63,179 nucleotides of DNA, filler included, from Reclinomonas americana ATCC 50394 (GCA_048213135.1; 3 parts of 2 records of this genome joined end to end with filler, not necessarily neighbours in it), one strand, 5' to 3'; positions 1 through 10,543 are shown, counted from the whole stretch's first letter. The notes: generated from the sequence alone by a model not told the origin. Program-made: numbers and translations.

Positions 1-200
1 ACCCCATCATCATCATCATCCATTTCAGTATACTTACAATCGATTGCACTCTACGTGGACGCCATGCAGATGTAGGACACCGGCCACGCTATCAAACAAC
101 CACCAAACAAAACAAACAAAGAGGCACAGACAGACAGGGAGAGAGGCAGAGAGACAAACAGAACGGTGGGGCTGACAAAAAACCACGAGAACGTGTGTTG

Positions 201-1772
201 CTACTGTCGTGGCACTACTGGAGCCGGGCGCTCGCAGATCTCGTTGTGCGCAATCGCCTGCAACATCTTGATGAGGTTGCCGAGTCCCCACAGCCACCCG
301 TCCGTGTTCTCGTGCAGGTGCGGATCCTCCATCTCCGACACGTGTGCGACCTGAGCCAGATCCACCAACCGCACGTCGACAACGTCGCGCGACGCCAGCG
401 CCGTCATGTCGTTCTCGTAAATCACCAAAATCGACGCCGACCACAGCCGGTAGTCTCCCATGTGCTCACGGACCACGCTCTCGAGTTGCTGTGTCGCAGG
501 CACGCGTGATGAGTGCACTGAAAGTAACTAAACACCAGTCACTGAAACACCACGCAACGAATAGTCTCTGAATCAGCTTGTCCAGCACGTCGACACGCAT
601 GGTATCTCCGACACCAAAGCACGCCGTCAGCTCCTGCTGCAGGTACTCGGGATCCAGCGACCGGCCCCACTCCTTGCTCCGTGACACGTACTGGCCGTCG
701 TGGGCATTCAGGTACTAAGGGGAAGGAAAGTGAGTCGATAGATCAACCGTCTTTTTCTCGCATCACACGACATCACCTTGGCACCGCAGATCTTGAAGCC
801 GTGGCTTCCGCTCGTGTTTCGCGAGTTGCGATCGATGATGCGGCGCACTTTGGACGGCGAGGCGTCGAGGCCGTGTGATCGGTAGCCGAGCTTGAGGTCC
901 AANNNNNNNNNNNNNNNNNNNNNNNNNNNNNNNNNNNNNNNNNNNNNNNNNCACAGACGGCATAACAAAGGGTCTTGTGAGGTCCTCGATGGTGATGTAG
1001 CCTGCGCGCGCGTGCAAAACAAACGTGAGTGGTGGCCCGGCGCGCACCAAGAGCAGCGCGAATGGAAAAACGCAACGAGGGCCATCAAAGTTGGCAGCCT
1101 CCAGGAAATGCGCGCTCGGCAGCGCGGGATACCGATGCAGCGTGACCTCGGTGGTCTGCTGCACGAGATCGACCACCGTCCGGTCGAGCGCGGCGGCCAC
1201 AAACTCCTTCTCGTCCACCATGACCACATCGTCGCCAGCATCGTGCGGCAGCGGTGTCACCTTGTGCAGCGTGGCGACGCCGAGGAACCGCGGCAAGAAC
1301 TGCAGCAGGCTGTTGGAACTCGACTGCGCATCCCCAAAGAAGCGCAGATAAATGTCGAGCTCGCGTGCCGCCGCCGGCTTGAACAGCACCGGATAGGTGG
1401 CTGCTCGAGCGCGAGAGAGAGACGTGAGTGAGCTCCAAAAAAATAAAGCGGAGAAAAACACCACAAGACGCAACAGCTTTTGACAATGTCAAAGTGGCCG
1501 GCCACCTGATGCGGATGCAGTGCCGTGGTCTCGACCCAGCGCATGATAGCCTCATCGCCCTGCTCACCACCGCCACCATTTGCAATGGAGCTCTTGTCTG
1601 TGTAATACATACACACACATTTGCATTCGCAGTCAGCGCGCACGGACAACAACAACAACAGCAATAAACAAGAGGCATCTGCACGTGTATGCACACCAAA
1701 GAGAGAGAGAAAGAAAGTAATGCAAAGAAAGAGCGTGCACAGAGAGAGAGAGAGACAGACAGGGGCGCAAAT
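201..1772 (-). CDS. Inositol polyphosphate kinase (IPK/IPMK/IP6K superfamily), multi-exon, 5' end uncertain
   Basis: Spliced exons give HQVAGH, IEDLTRPFVMPSV..LDLKLG (PxxxDxKxG, interrupted by an N gap), GFKICG, WSASILVIYE and VRLVDLAQ; stop TAG at 201-203. Candidate 9- and 12-nt microexons at 1670-1678 and 1761-1772. Confidence 0.85.
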
Positions 1773-2428
1773 CTGGATATGCACGACGTGTTATGCTCGC
1801 ACACCTATAACAACGAACACTCTGCGCACGTCTATCTCTCTCTCTCTCTCTGTGTGTTAGTGTGTGCACTCGGCACATGGGCAAAAGATGACATTGAAAA
1901 AAACACAGACACACACGCGGAAATGGATGAGCGCCTCCGATGATACTCGCAGATTCACACTGCAAAATGCCACTCTTGTTCTCCGCACACACGCGCGCGC
2001 ATTCACACACAGTGAGAGAAAGAAAGAAAGAGAGAGTGAGAGAGTGAGTGAGAGACACACAACACGAGAGAATGAGAGAGAGGAGATGCGCGAGTCGGCA
2101 CATACACACAAACACATCAGTGAACATTCTTCTCCTCGCTCACTCACTCACTCATTCACTCACCAGGCGCCTTGACAAACGGCGGATTGGCGGTGTTCTC
2201 GAGCGCAGTGGACATGATAGAGTGTGGCGAGTGGCGGAAGAGGAGAGACGCGGAGAGAGAGTACAAACAAACGCCAAGTTCACGATCCGTCGGTTTGATT
2301 TGTCATATAATACCGGCTTCATTTGTGTGCGACTCGCCTGTGCGGGATTTTGAAGTTGCGGTACATAGGCGGTGCTGCATCAGATCCGCACGGTTGTGTA
2401 ATTGAAGCTGCACTGTGTACGGTATAGA

Positions 2429-3100
2429 ATGAGCAGCGATGAATCGATGATTGTGTATGTGCCGCCGCCGGCATTGCATGTGCTGTGCCAGGCGATTCCC
2501 GCGCGCCTCATGATTGGCTGCTTGGTGTGCGACTCGTCACTGGTGTTTGCGGTGCATGTGAATCCGACAACGGCCAATGGGCGGCTGCTGGTGCGTTTGG
2601 TCAGCACCACTGATCGCCTCGGTGAGCTCGAGGATGGCGGCGATGAGCCGGTGGATGTGAGCACAATCAGTCGTGCGTACACGGCGAGCGAGTTGTTTGG
2701 CTTGCATGCGTGCATGGCGGTGTTGGCGACGGCGTTGCAGCCGTATTGCGTGCAGGAGTGGGTCGCTGGCAACAATGCGCAGAGTGTCGACGAGGAGAGT
2801 GGGCGAGTGGTGGTGGGGGCGCGGGAGCCTGGCATTCTGCATGCACACTTGGCGATTCGTGTGCAGCCGCTGTCGCTGCAGCCGCCGGTGCCGATTGATG
2901 GCGTGCCCGTCGGCACCGAGTTGCACCTGTCGACGGGCAAGGTGCCGTGGGCGGAGTGTGCAGAGGGCACACTGGAGGCGTTTGTGGAGTTTGTGCGTGA
3001 GGCCGTGGCGCGTGCGTGGGAGGCCGAGGATGCGGAGTCGTTGAGAGCGTGTGCGGCGCGCGCTGCGGTGGAGTGGTTTCCCGCGCGCCGTCGCCAGTGA
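2429..3100 (+). CDS. Intronless hypothetical protein (~223 aa)
   Basis: Uninterrupted GC3-rich ORF from ATG 2429 to TGA 3098-3100; no motif recognised. Confidence 0.6.
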   Translation: MSSDESMIVYVPPPALHVLCQAIPARLMIGCLVCDSSLVFAVHVNPTTANGRLLVRLVSTTDRLGELEDGGDEPVDVSTISRAYTASELFGLHACMAVLATALQPYCVQEWVAGNNAQSVDEESGRVVVGAREPGILHAHLAIRVQPLSLQPPVPIDGVPVGTELHLSTGKVPWAECAEGTLEAFVEFVREAVARAWEAEDAESLRACAARAAVEWFPARRRQ

Positions 3101-3348
3101 GGAGGCGATGGCGGTAGTTGGGGGCGTGGGGCAGGCGGCTGTGTGCACGTGGGAGTGAGCGGAGGTGAGAGAGACGCCAGCTTTGTCGTGTCCGCACCAA
3201 GTGTGACACTCTGCTAAATACTGTACCTCTCCGTCGCTGCCGGTTGTGTTCAGTCGAGTTCTCGTCGAGTCTGCGGCAAGACCCACAAGTGCGGCCACGG
3301 CCACCGGCCTCGTGCGCACAAGAACCTCACTGGTGCCCACGATGCGAT

Positions 3349-3429
3349 GGTGAGAGAGGCAATGGCGAGCTCCTTCATCGTCTTTCAGCAGAACTCATTC
3401 CGGGGCTGCCGCACCCCTCTCTCACTTTT
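3349..3429 (+). ncRNA. Putative structured small RNA, unit 1
   Basis: GGTGAGAGAGG pairs with CCTCTCTCACT; GGCGAGCTCC pairs with GGGGCTGCC; conserved CCTTCATC; ends in TTTT. Confidence 0.65.
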
Positions 3430-3560
3430 GTTTCTCTTTTTCCCCGGTTCGGTGTCACAGACTCGACAGGCAAGTGGACGATTGAGGAGGCAGGCCCACA
3501 ACACTGCTGCATGGCAATGGAACTGCGCACACAAGAGGCAAGCCGGCACCCAGACTTGAA

Positions 3561-3640
3561 GGTGAGAAGGGCCAAGGCAAGCTCCTTCATCATTCTTCCA
3601 AAACGCTCGTCTCCGGGGCTGCCGCACTTCCTTCTCTTTT
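3561..3640 (+). ncRNA. Putative structured small RNA, unit 2
   Basis: GAGAAGG/CCTTCTC lower stem (compensatory change vs unit 1); GGCAAGCTCC/GGGGCTGCC upper stem; TTTT end. Confidence 0.65.
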
Positions 3641-3854
3641 GCTTCTTTTTGCTCCCTCATATACCTGCCACAAGGAAGACTCTTGGTCTTCTCGCATGCG
3701 CTTCTTGCCTCCCTTTTTGCTCCCCTTTTGCTTGGTGCGTGCACATGCGCTGACTGAGTATGGTGTGTATTTCACAGTCAAAACTTGGCCCACAACAGCA
3801 TTGCACGACAATCACACTACACAGACAAGAGCCAGGCCGATGTGCAGTTCAACA

Positions 3855-3945
3855 GGTGAGAGAGGCAATGGCAAGCTCCTTCATCTTACCAAGAAAAGCC
3901 CGCAATGATCACTGACTCCGGGGCTGCCGCACTCCTTTCTTTTTT
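3855..3945 (+). ncRNA. Putative structured small RNA, unit 3
   Basis: Same stems (GAGAGAGG/CCTTTCTT with G-U pairs), different loop, T6 end. Confidence 0.65.
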
Positions 3946-4119
3946 GCAGTTTTGTCTTTGGTGATGCATGATGCACTGACAGATTGCATGCATGCGCTGA
4001 CAGAGTACCATTTGTATTCGACAGTCGACTTGGCAAGTGGACGATCGAGGAGGCCCACAACACCGCTGCATGGTAAGGGAACTGGGTACACAAGAGGCGA
4101 GCCGGCACCCAGACTTGAA

Positions 4120-4199
4120 GGTGAGAAGGGCCAAGGCAAGCTCCTTCATCATTCTTCCAAAACACTCGACTCCGGGGCTGCCGCACTTCCTTCTCTTTT
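4120..4199 (+). ncRNA. Putative structured small RNA, unit 4
   Basis: Near-identical to unit 2; same promoter spacing. Confidence 0.65.
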
Positions 4200-4370
4200 G
4201 TCACTCTACTTGCTTCAGCGGTCTCTTCTCGTTTCCTTTTTTTGACATGTCCCGTTTTGTACACTGCTGAGTTCGACGGTCAAATTCACCAATCCCAGTC
4301 TGGGCCCACAACTCTGCTCTTGCGCAGTCGGTCTGTGGAGACAAGAGGCAAGCTAGCACGCTGTCTTCTC

Positions 4371-4491
4371 AGTGAGAGAGGCCATGGCAAGCTCCTTCAT
4401 TGTGACAACGTTTTCCAACATTATCCAGTTCGTGCATTTGTTCCCGCATTTGCATTCCCCTCCGGGGCTGCTGCACTCCCCTCTCTTTTTT
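4371..4491 (+). ncRNA. Putative structured small RNA, unit 5 (long loop)
   Basis: AGTGAGAGAGG..GGCAAGCTCCTTCAT, ~60-nt loop, CTCCGGGGCTGCTGCAC..CCTCTCTTTTTT. Confidence 0.6.
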
Positions 4492-4711
4492 GCTTGGGTT
4501 TGCTCTTCTCAACCACAAAGAAGACTCTTGATCTTCTCGCGTGCGCTTTTTGGCCGACACATTCCTCCTTTTTTGCATTCCCTTTGCTTGGAGCCTGCAC
4601 ATGTGCTGACTGAGTATCGTGTGTATATCACAGTCAAAACCTATGCCCACAACAGTATTGCACGGCAGTCACACTGCACAGACAAGAGCCATGCCGATGC
4701 TCAGTTCAACA

Positions 4712-4802
4712 GGTGAGAGAGGCAATGGCAAGCTCCTTCATCTTAAAGAAAGCCCGCAATGATCACTGACTCCGGGGCTGCCGCACTCCTTTCTTTTTTT
4801 TT
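4712..4802 (+). ncRNA. Putative structured small RNA, unit 6
   Basis: Paralog of unit 3; T9 end. Confidence 0.65.
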
Positions 4803-4943
4803 GCACTTTCTCTTTGGTGATGCATGCAGGTACCGCCTGTATTCGACAGTCGACTTGGCAAGTGGACAGCCGAGGAGGCCCACAACACCACTGCGTGGTA
4901 CGGAACTGCGCACACAAGAGGCAAGCCGGCACCCAGACTTGAA

Positions 4944-5024
4944 GGTGAGAAGGGCCAAGGCAAGCTCCTTCATCATTCTACCAAAACATTTCGACTCCGG
5001 GGCTGCCGCACTTCCTTCTCTTTT
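4944..5024 (+). ncRNA. Putative structured small RNA, unit 7
   Basis: Paralog of units 2/4; TTTT end. Confidence 0.65.
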
Positions 5025-5117
5025 GCTTCTTTTTGCTCCCTCATATGCCTGCCACAAGGAAGACTCTTGATCTTCTCACGTGCGCTTCTTGCCTGCCNNN
5101 NNNNNNNNNNNNNNNNN

Positions 5118-7058
5118 CCGCCGCCTCGGCTGTCGCACTCGCCGATCCAGACTTTGCAGTTGCCTCTGCCTCCTCGTCGGCTGGCACGCGGTCCAGGAAC
5201 CACTCTCGCATCTCCGGGGCAAACATAAACTGGTGCTCCGAAGTGAAGCTATCTGTGCCGGCCAGCTGCACCACAAACGCCAACGCCGGAACGTCCGGAA
5301 CGTTGTCAAAGCGCACCGTCACTGTGACACGGCTCGTGCGTGGTGCCTGTTGCACGAAGAGATCATTAGTTCATCAGTTGCACCAGTGGCATGCAAGCAG
5401 CGACACACAATGGTATCACACCAGTGGAACGGCAAATGAGCCATCGGCACCGCAGTCTCGCGCTCTGAACGCTGTGGCCTCACGCTGACCGTCCAACTTG
5501 AGCTGCACAACCGAGCAGAAGTGCGACCAGCCTGCCGGACGAGCGATGAAGAACTCGGAACCACGAGCACCGGCAGTCTTGCGCTGCGTGTTCATCACCA
5601 CTATTAGCAACCAGGAAAGAAATAGCACCACATCGAGAACACTCAACGCACCACTCCCAACGTGAAGGGCTTGACGTCGCGGTGCCGAGGCAGCTCCAGT
5701 CCAAGTTCGCGCAGCAAACCCAGCAGCACCTCGTCGGTGCGCGCACGAATGATCATCGAGGCACGGTGATCCTTCGGGGTCGGTTGCAGATTGGTGATCA
5801 CCAGCTTGCCTGTGTGGTGACCGACGAGAGGGGGTGAGACAGTCGTTGCAAGCAGTGTGCACGGCAAGCACCGCACCTCGTCCACTCTTGACAGGGATCA
5901 CGGGAATGTCGGCCGCCGGCGTCACCTTCAGACTGGTGCCAAACACCAGCGACAGGTCGGCCTTGCCGGCCTCCTCGTACGCACGCTCCAGCTCATCCTC
6001 TGGCAAGTTCTCGCTCTGTACATACGCACATACTACGCGTGAGCACGGGTGGTGCATGCAGCGCAGCGATTCTTGGCCGACTCCAACGCAACAAAGTTGA
6101 TGATCGAGTCGTGCAGGTGACCACCGCACTGCGGGCAGCGCCGTCCGGTCCGGTGATCGTGCACCTTTTGAGCAGTACGCGTACGCCACTCACGCCACAC
6201 CTTGTGGCCGCAGCTCTCGCACTGCTCCTTGCTGCATGTCCGGTCAAAGAATTCCGTCAGTCTCATGTGACGGAAAGTGCAAGTTGGAAGACAGACAGCG
6301 GTGCATGCGCAACTTGGTGTTGCCGTGCAACTCTGAGATGGCATCGCCCGGAATACCGCTTCGCACATGCAGACCGTCCGTGTTCTGCACACCGCAAACG
6401 ATTCAGGCCTGCTGGATTCGACGGCAACTCGACAATCATGCGAAATCGAAATGAACTCACTTGGCTGATGACGTGCTTGATGTAACCGGCCTTCACCAGT
6501 GCCACAATGGCCATGTGGCCGATGGTGGGGTAGTGCACTTTGGCGTCGGAGATGCTGCGCGAACCCTGCAAGCATACGATATCGAAAGGTGAGTGTGGTC
6601 CGAGGACAACTGGACTGTTTTTCCTATCCACGCTCACCGTCTCTCCGCGTGCACGCAGCGTCCACACACCATTCGGGCCGCTACTCACGCACGCACTGTC
6701 AGTGTCGATACATCACGAGCCTTTTCTTTTAACGCACACACACACACACCGGAAGTCTGAGATGCCGGCCGATGTGGAGATTCCGGCGCCAGTGGACACG
6801 ATCGCGTGGTCCGCGTTGCGAACCAACTCGGCCAATGCCTTGATGCGAGCTTGCACCACCTGCAGGTTACGGAGGGAAGAGAGGGTGAGACTCACGCGGC
6901 CGGACAGCGATTTGCCCGACTGGTACCGACCTCTGGCTCGTCAAAATACTGCATCGCAAACACCCGTCAGTGATCCGCCCGCCCACCTCTCTCACACACA
7001 GCCAAGCACATACACACACCTCCTTCACACGCTCCGGCGTCGCCTCCTCGGGATCCAT
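5118..7058 (-). CDS. Class IV sirtuin (SIRT6/SIRT7-like NAD-dependent deacylase) with C-terminal extension; 3' end in gap
   Basis: [39 protein letters not shown], ELHGN, CxxC..CPQC zinc site, FGTSLKVTPAAD, NLQPTPKD. Confidence 0.9.
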
Positions 7059-7389
7059 GACTCTTTCTCTGCTCGCCACAACAAACGAAAACAAAAAAGC
7101 AATCGATCCGTCGCGCCAAATTAAATATCGTCGGAAAATCGAACCGCGTGTCTGGCGTCGAGTTATTTCTGTCCCCAACTCCGTGCCGAATCCTCGCAAG
7201 GAAAAGGGACTGCATGCAGCCACACAGTAGCACAGCGTGGCGGTAAATGAGAGACGCGACTCGCGCATGGGAGAGAGGGCGTGTGTCTTTTTTTAGGCTT
7301 TTCAATGGGTTTTTAACAAACATGCACCAGCAGCAGCACACCTTGCGGTGCAACTGCAAACGGTGGACGGGTGGGGTGAGAGTTGCACT

Positions 7390-8158
7390 TTAGTACTTCT
7401 CCTCCACCAGGCCATGGCGCCAGTACATGAAGGTCGGGATACCCTCCGCATCCCACTCAACCAGCACGACCATGCTGTTCTCTTGCAGGTTCTCGCCCAT
7501 GTAGAAGCTCAGCTCGTCGGCCTTGCCCAGAATGCCGGCGATCACCGACTTGGACTGAGCCACCAGCTCAGCAGCAGCCTCCGGCTTGCCATCGGCCTCC
7601 AGCTTGGCCTTCAGTGCCTGCAGGTAGCCCTTGATGTGCGCTACGGAAACGCAAACACATGAAATCAGTCTCTGATTTTGCGCACACAGGAGAACAGCGA
7701 TTCGACGACTCACCCTGGTACTGCTTCTTGTCGAACGGGACCTCCTGCAGCTTGAACGCGTCGACAATGTTGATCACCCTCACAACACCGTCCTCGACGC
7801 CCTCCTCGCCGCACTCGAAGCCAGCGACGCCAGTGTCCTTCATGATGTAGGCGCCCTTGGCCTTGAGGAAAGGTCCGTCGACCTCCTCGCTGAGAGAGAC
7901 GAAGAAGAGATCAGCAATTGCGGAGGGAGAGAGAGAGACAGAAGAGGACTTACCCGTAGCTGTCCGACAGCATCTCATCGCCAGACTGTGAGTGATTGTG
8001 AGTCACATTATCTGCTGAGCAGGCGATGACAGGCACACGCTCACCATAATGTCCTTGAAGACCTGCGAGATCGAAAAGCAGGGGAAGGGGGGAGGGCGCA
8101 GGAGGGTCAGCGAACTGACATGGACACCATCTCAACGAAAGGACGTGCGCCCCTTCAT
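7390..8158 (-). CDS. TCTP: Translationally controlled tumour protein (TCTP)
   Basis: VFKDIMSGDEMLSDSY..VINIVDAFKLQE..FDKKQY..HIKGYLQAL..FYMGEN..PTFMYWRHGLVEEKY*. Start is either 8158 (MK) or 8130 (M). Confidence 0.92.
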
Positions 8159-8864
8159 CTCCCATTTATCGAAAAGGACGGCAATCGAGAGAACGAGGAG
8201 AGGCACATGACACTCCACAATCCACAGCACACGAGAGGGGGCGTGAGGGGAGCGCGGGAGAGCGCGTGATGCACATGCACAAAGAGTGAAACCAAATGAA
8301 CACACACACACAAAGACACAATGAGAGGAAGGGCAACAGAGCGCTGCCTACCGAGCGAGTCACTGTTACACACAGAGAGAGAGGGACGACAAGACGACGC
8401 GTGCTCTGTTTGACCATGTCTTGTCTGATGTGCGCTCCTCACTCACTCCACTCGCTCTTTTCCGTTTTTTTGAGCGTCACACACACACACCTTCATGATT
8501 GTGTGGTGGGGTTAACGGGGTTAACGGGGGAAGAGGGGGATAACGAGAGCGCGCGAAAAAAATCGCAATAACGTGAGGGGAATCGGTCGATCGGTCGAAG
8601 AAGTGAACAATCACATCCACGAGACGAACCACTGGTCTGCTGCCTTCGCCACCACATGCATCAGGGCCGCCACCACAAGGCGAACAGAATGCACCTACGC
8701 AAGCGCACTGTTGAGCGGCGCTTCACGGTGCGGACAGTCGGTGAGTCATCCATTGTCCAACAACCGTTTGGCATTTGTGGCAAGTGCTGAGAAAAGTAGG
8801 AGGAACCACACGCTCACACACTCACGAGCACACGAGCACACGGACCGCGTACAAGCACATCAAC

Positions 8865-9508
8865 ATGGCAGCACCCCACGCGCTTGGTCTGGAAGACGAT
8901 CAAGCGGAAACATCGCAGTACGAGTGCGTGTTCTCCATCTTTGATGTGGACGGCGACGGAATGATCTCGGCCGTCGACCTGGCTGTCTCACTTCGCCGAC
9001 TCGGTGCGCCAACAGAAAGAAAGAGAGAGAGAGAGACACTCGCAGATGCGCATACAGAGACTCAATCAGTTTCACCCGACGGTTTGTATTGACTTGATGC
9101 GCGTGCAGGTCAACAGCCGACACGTGCAGAGGTCGACGCCATGATGGAGTTGTGGGGCTGTGTGGCGGGACAAGGGTTCACCATGGAGAAGATGGTGGAG
9201 ATTTTGCAGTCGGTGGAGCCCGGCGACTTTCCCGAGACCGAGTTGCGACGAGCGTTCCGTCACATTGACGCCGACAATAGCGGCATGATCAGCCGCGATG
9301 AGGTGAGGCATTGTCTTGTGTAAGGACACTGTGTGCGCGTTGGTGAGGGGCCTCATAGTTTGTTTTGCAGCTGCGCGACGCCATGCGCAAGATGGGCCTC
9401 AACCTGACCGAGGAGGCATTCGACCAGCTGGTGAACGACATTGATGTCGACGGCAATGGAGAGGTGGACTTTGCAGAGTTCTGCATGGTCATGGAGCGAA
9501 CGGGGTGA
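8865..9508 (+). CDS. Calmodulin-like EF-hand protein
   Basis: EF-hand loops DVDGDGMIS, DADNSGMIS, DVDGNGEVDFAEF; two GT-AG introns. Confidence 0.85.
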
Positions 9509-9584
9509 CGAGGCGGAGTGAGCCACAGGAGGACACACCTCTTCCGCGAAAAAAACACAACAACAAATGCAACATAGTTATCCT

Positions 9585-10543
9585 TCAATCATCGTCGTCA
9601 TCTTCGTCATCATCGTCGCTGTGACCTGGACACTCACGCTTCAGCTCGTCGGCACTGGCAAACTTGGCGCCGCACTGGAAACAATAGTGATGCATTCGCC
9701 GCAGGTGTTCCACGAATCGATCGCGCTTCGCCAGCACCTCCTCCGGCGCCTTGAGCAGCCGACGCGCCAATCGTTTCCTCACGCCATCCGCTCGCACCGC
9801 CGCGCCGCCCTGCTCGTCGCCCTCCTCACCCTCACCCTCACTCTCACTGCTGCTGTCGGCCAGTCGCTCCACCTCCACGCCCGGTCGATCCTCCAAATCC
9901 CGCACCAGTCGCCTAAAAAAAAACAAGTCAGCGATTTTGTGTTTCCTCTCAAGTGCACGCACACGCAACTTGGCCGCCACCGTCTCCCTCTGCGCCTTCT
10001 CCACCGCAAACTGCAGCGCACGTCGCCGCCGGAACTCATCCGCCCCCACCACACTCTCCTCCACCCTCGCGCGCTTCCGCATGGCCACCTCCGCCCTCCG
10101 CTCCTCCGCCGCACTCTTCACGCCCAACCCCACCCGATCGCCCTTGACGACCACCGGCAGTGGCTCGACCAGGCCTGTCCCTCGCGCACCAAGGCCGCGA
10201 CCCTCCTCGTAGCCCATCATCTTGAGCATGCGATGACCGACATTGGTGCCCGCCAGAGGCCGACTGAGACTGTCCTCGCGCACCTCGCGCTCGTGCTCTC
10301 GCAGGGGCTTGATGTAGCCCGGTCGCAGCTCTTTCGGGTTCTGCCTGTGCTTGCACACACGTGTGTGTGTGAGAGAGAGACAGCAGGAGAGGGAGACAGA
10401 GAGAGAGAGGACCTTGCGAGCATCTTGCGTCGCTGTTGCAAGAGCAGATCGGATTGTTCGCGTTTGCGCCACTCGGCCTCTGCTTGCTCCACGAATGCGG
10501 CTGACATGTAGTCGTCATCGTCGCCTTGCTCCTCCTTCTGCAT
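9585..10543 (-). CDS. GPATCH11: G-patch domain protein (GPATCH11-like)
   Basis: DDDYMS N-terminus, NVGHRMLKMMGYEEGRGLG G-patch, C-terminal HHYCFQCGAKF..CPG. Confidence 0.85.

Larger units (their letters stand above)
3282..4919 (+). promoter_or_regulatory. Seven bipartite upstream elements (CCCACAA + ACAAGA) of putative small RNA genes
   Basis: CCCACAA at 3282, 3495, 3789, 4054, 4305, 4646, 4879. ACAAGA lies 36 bp downstream (35 in the last unit). The RNA-like unit starts 65-67 bp after CCCACAA. Intervening sequence diverges. Confidence 0.7.

Noticed and set aside
3349-5024. CRISPR-like repeat/spacer array
   Set aside because: Eukaryotic context, no cas genes, irregular 210-340 bp period, spacers are themselves duplicated, and each unit has its own upstream element and T-run.
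3349-5024. tRNA, 5S, U1-U6, SRP or snoRNA identity for the units
   Set aside because: No cloverleaf or A/B boxes, no ACTTACCTG, ACAGAGA or U5 loop, no canonical Sm site, and no consistent terminal C/D or H/ACA boxes seen by eye.
3244-5228. Short ORFs across the repeat array
   Set aside because: Frames shift between copies, there are no consistent splice signals, and conservation follows base pairing rather than codons.
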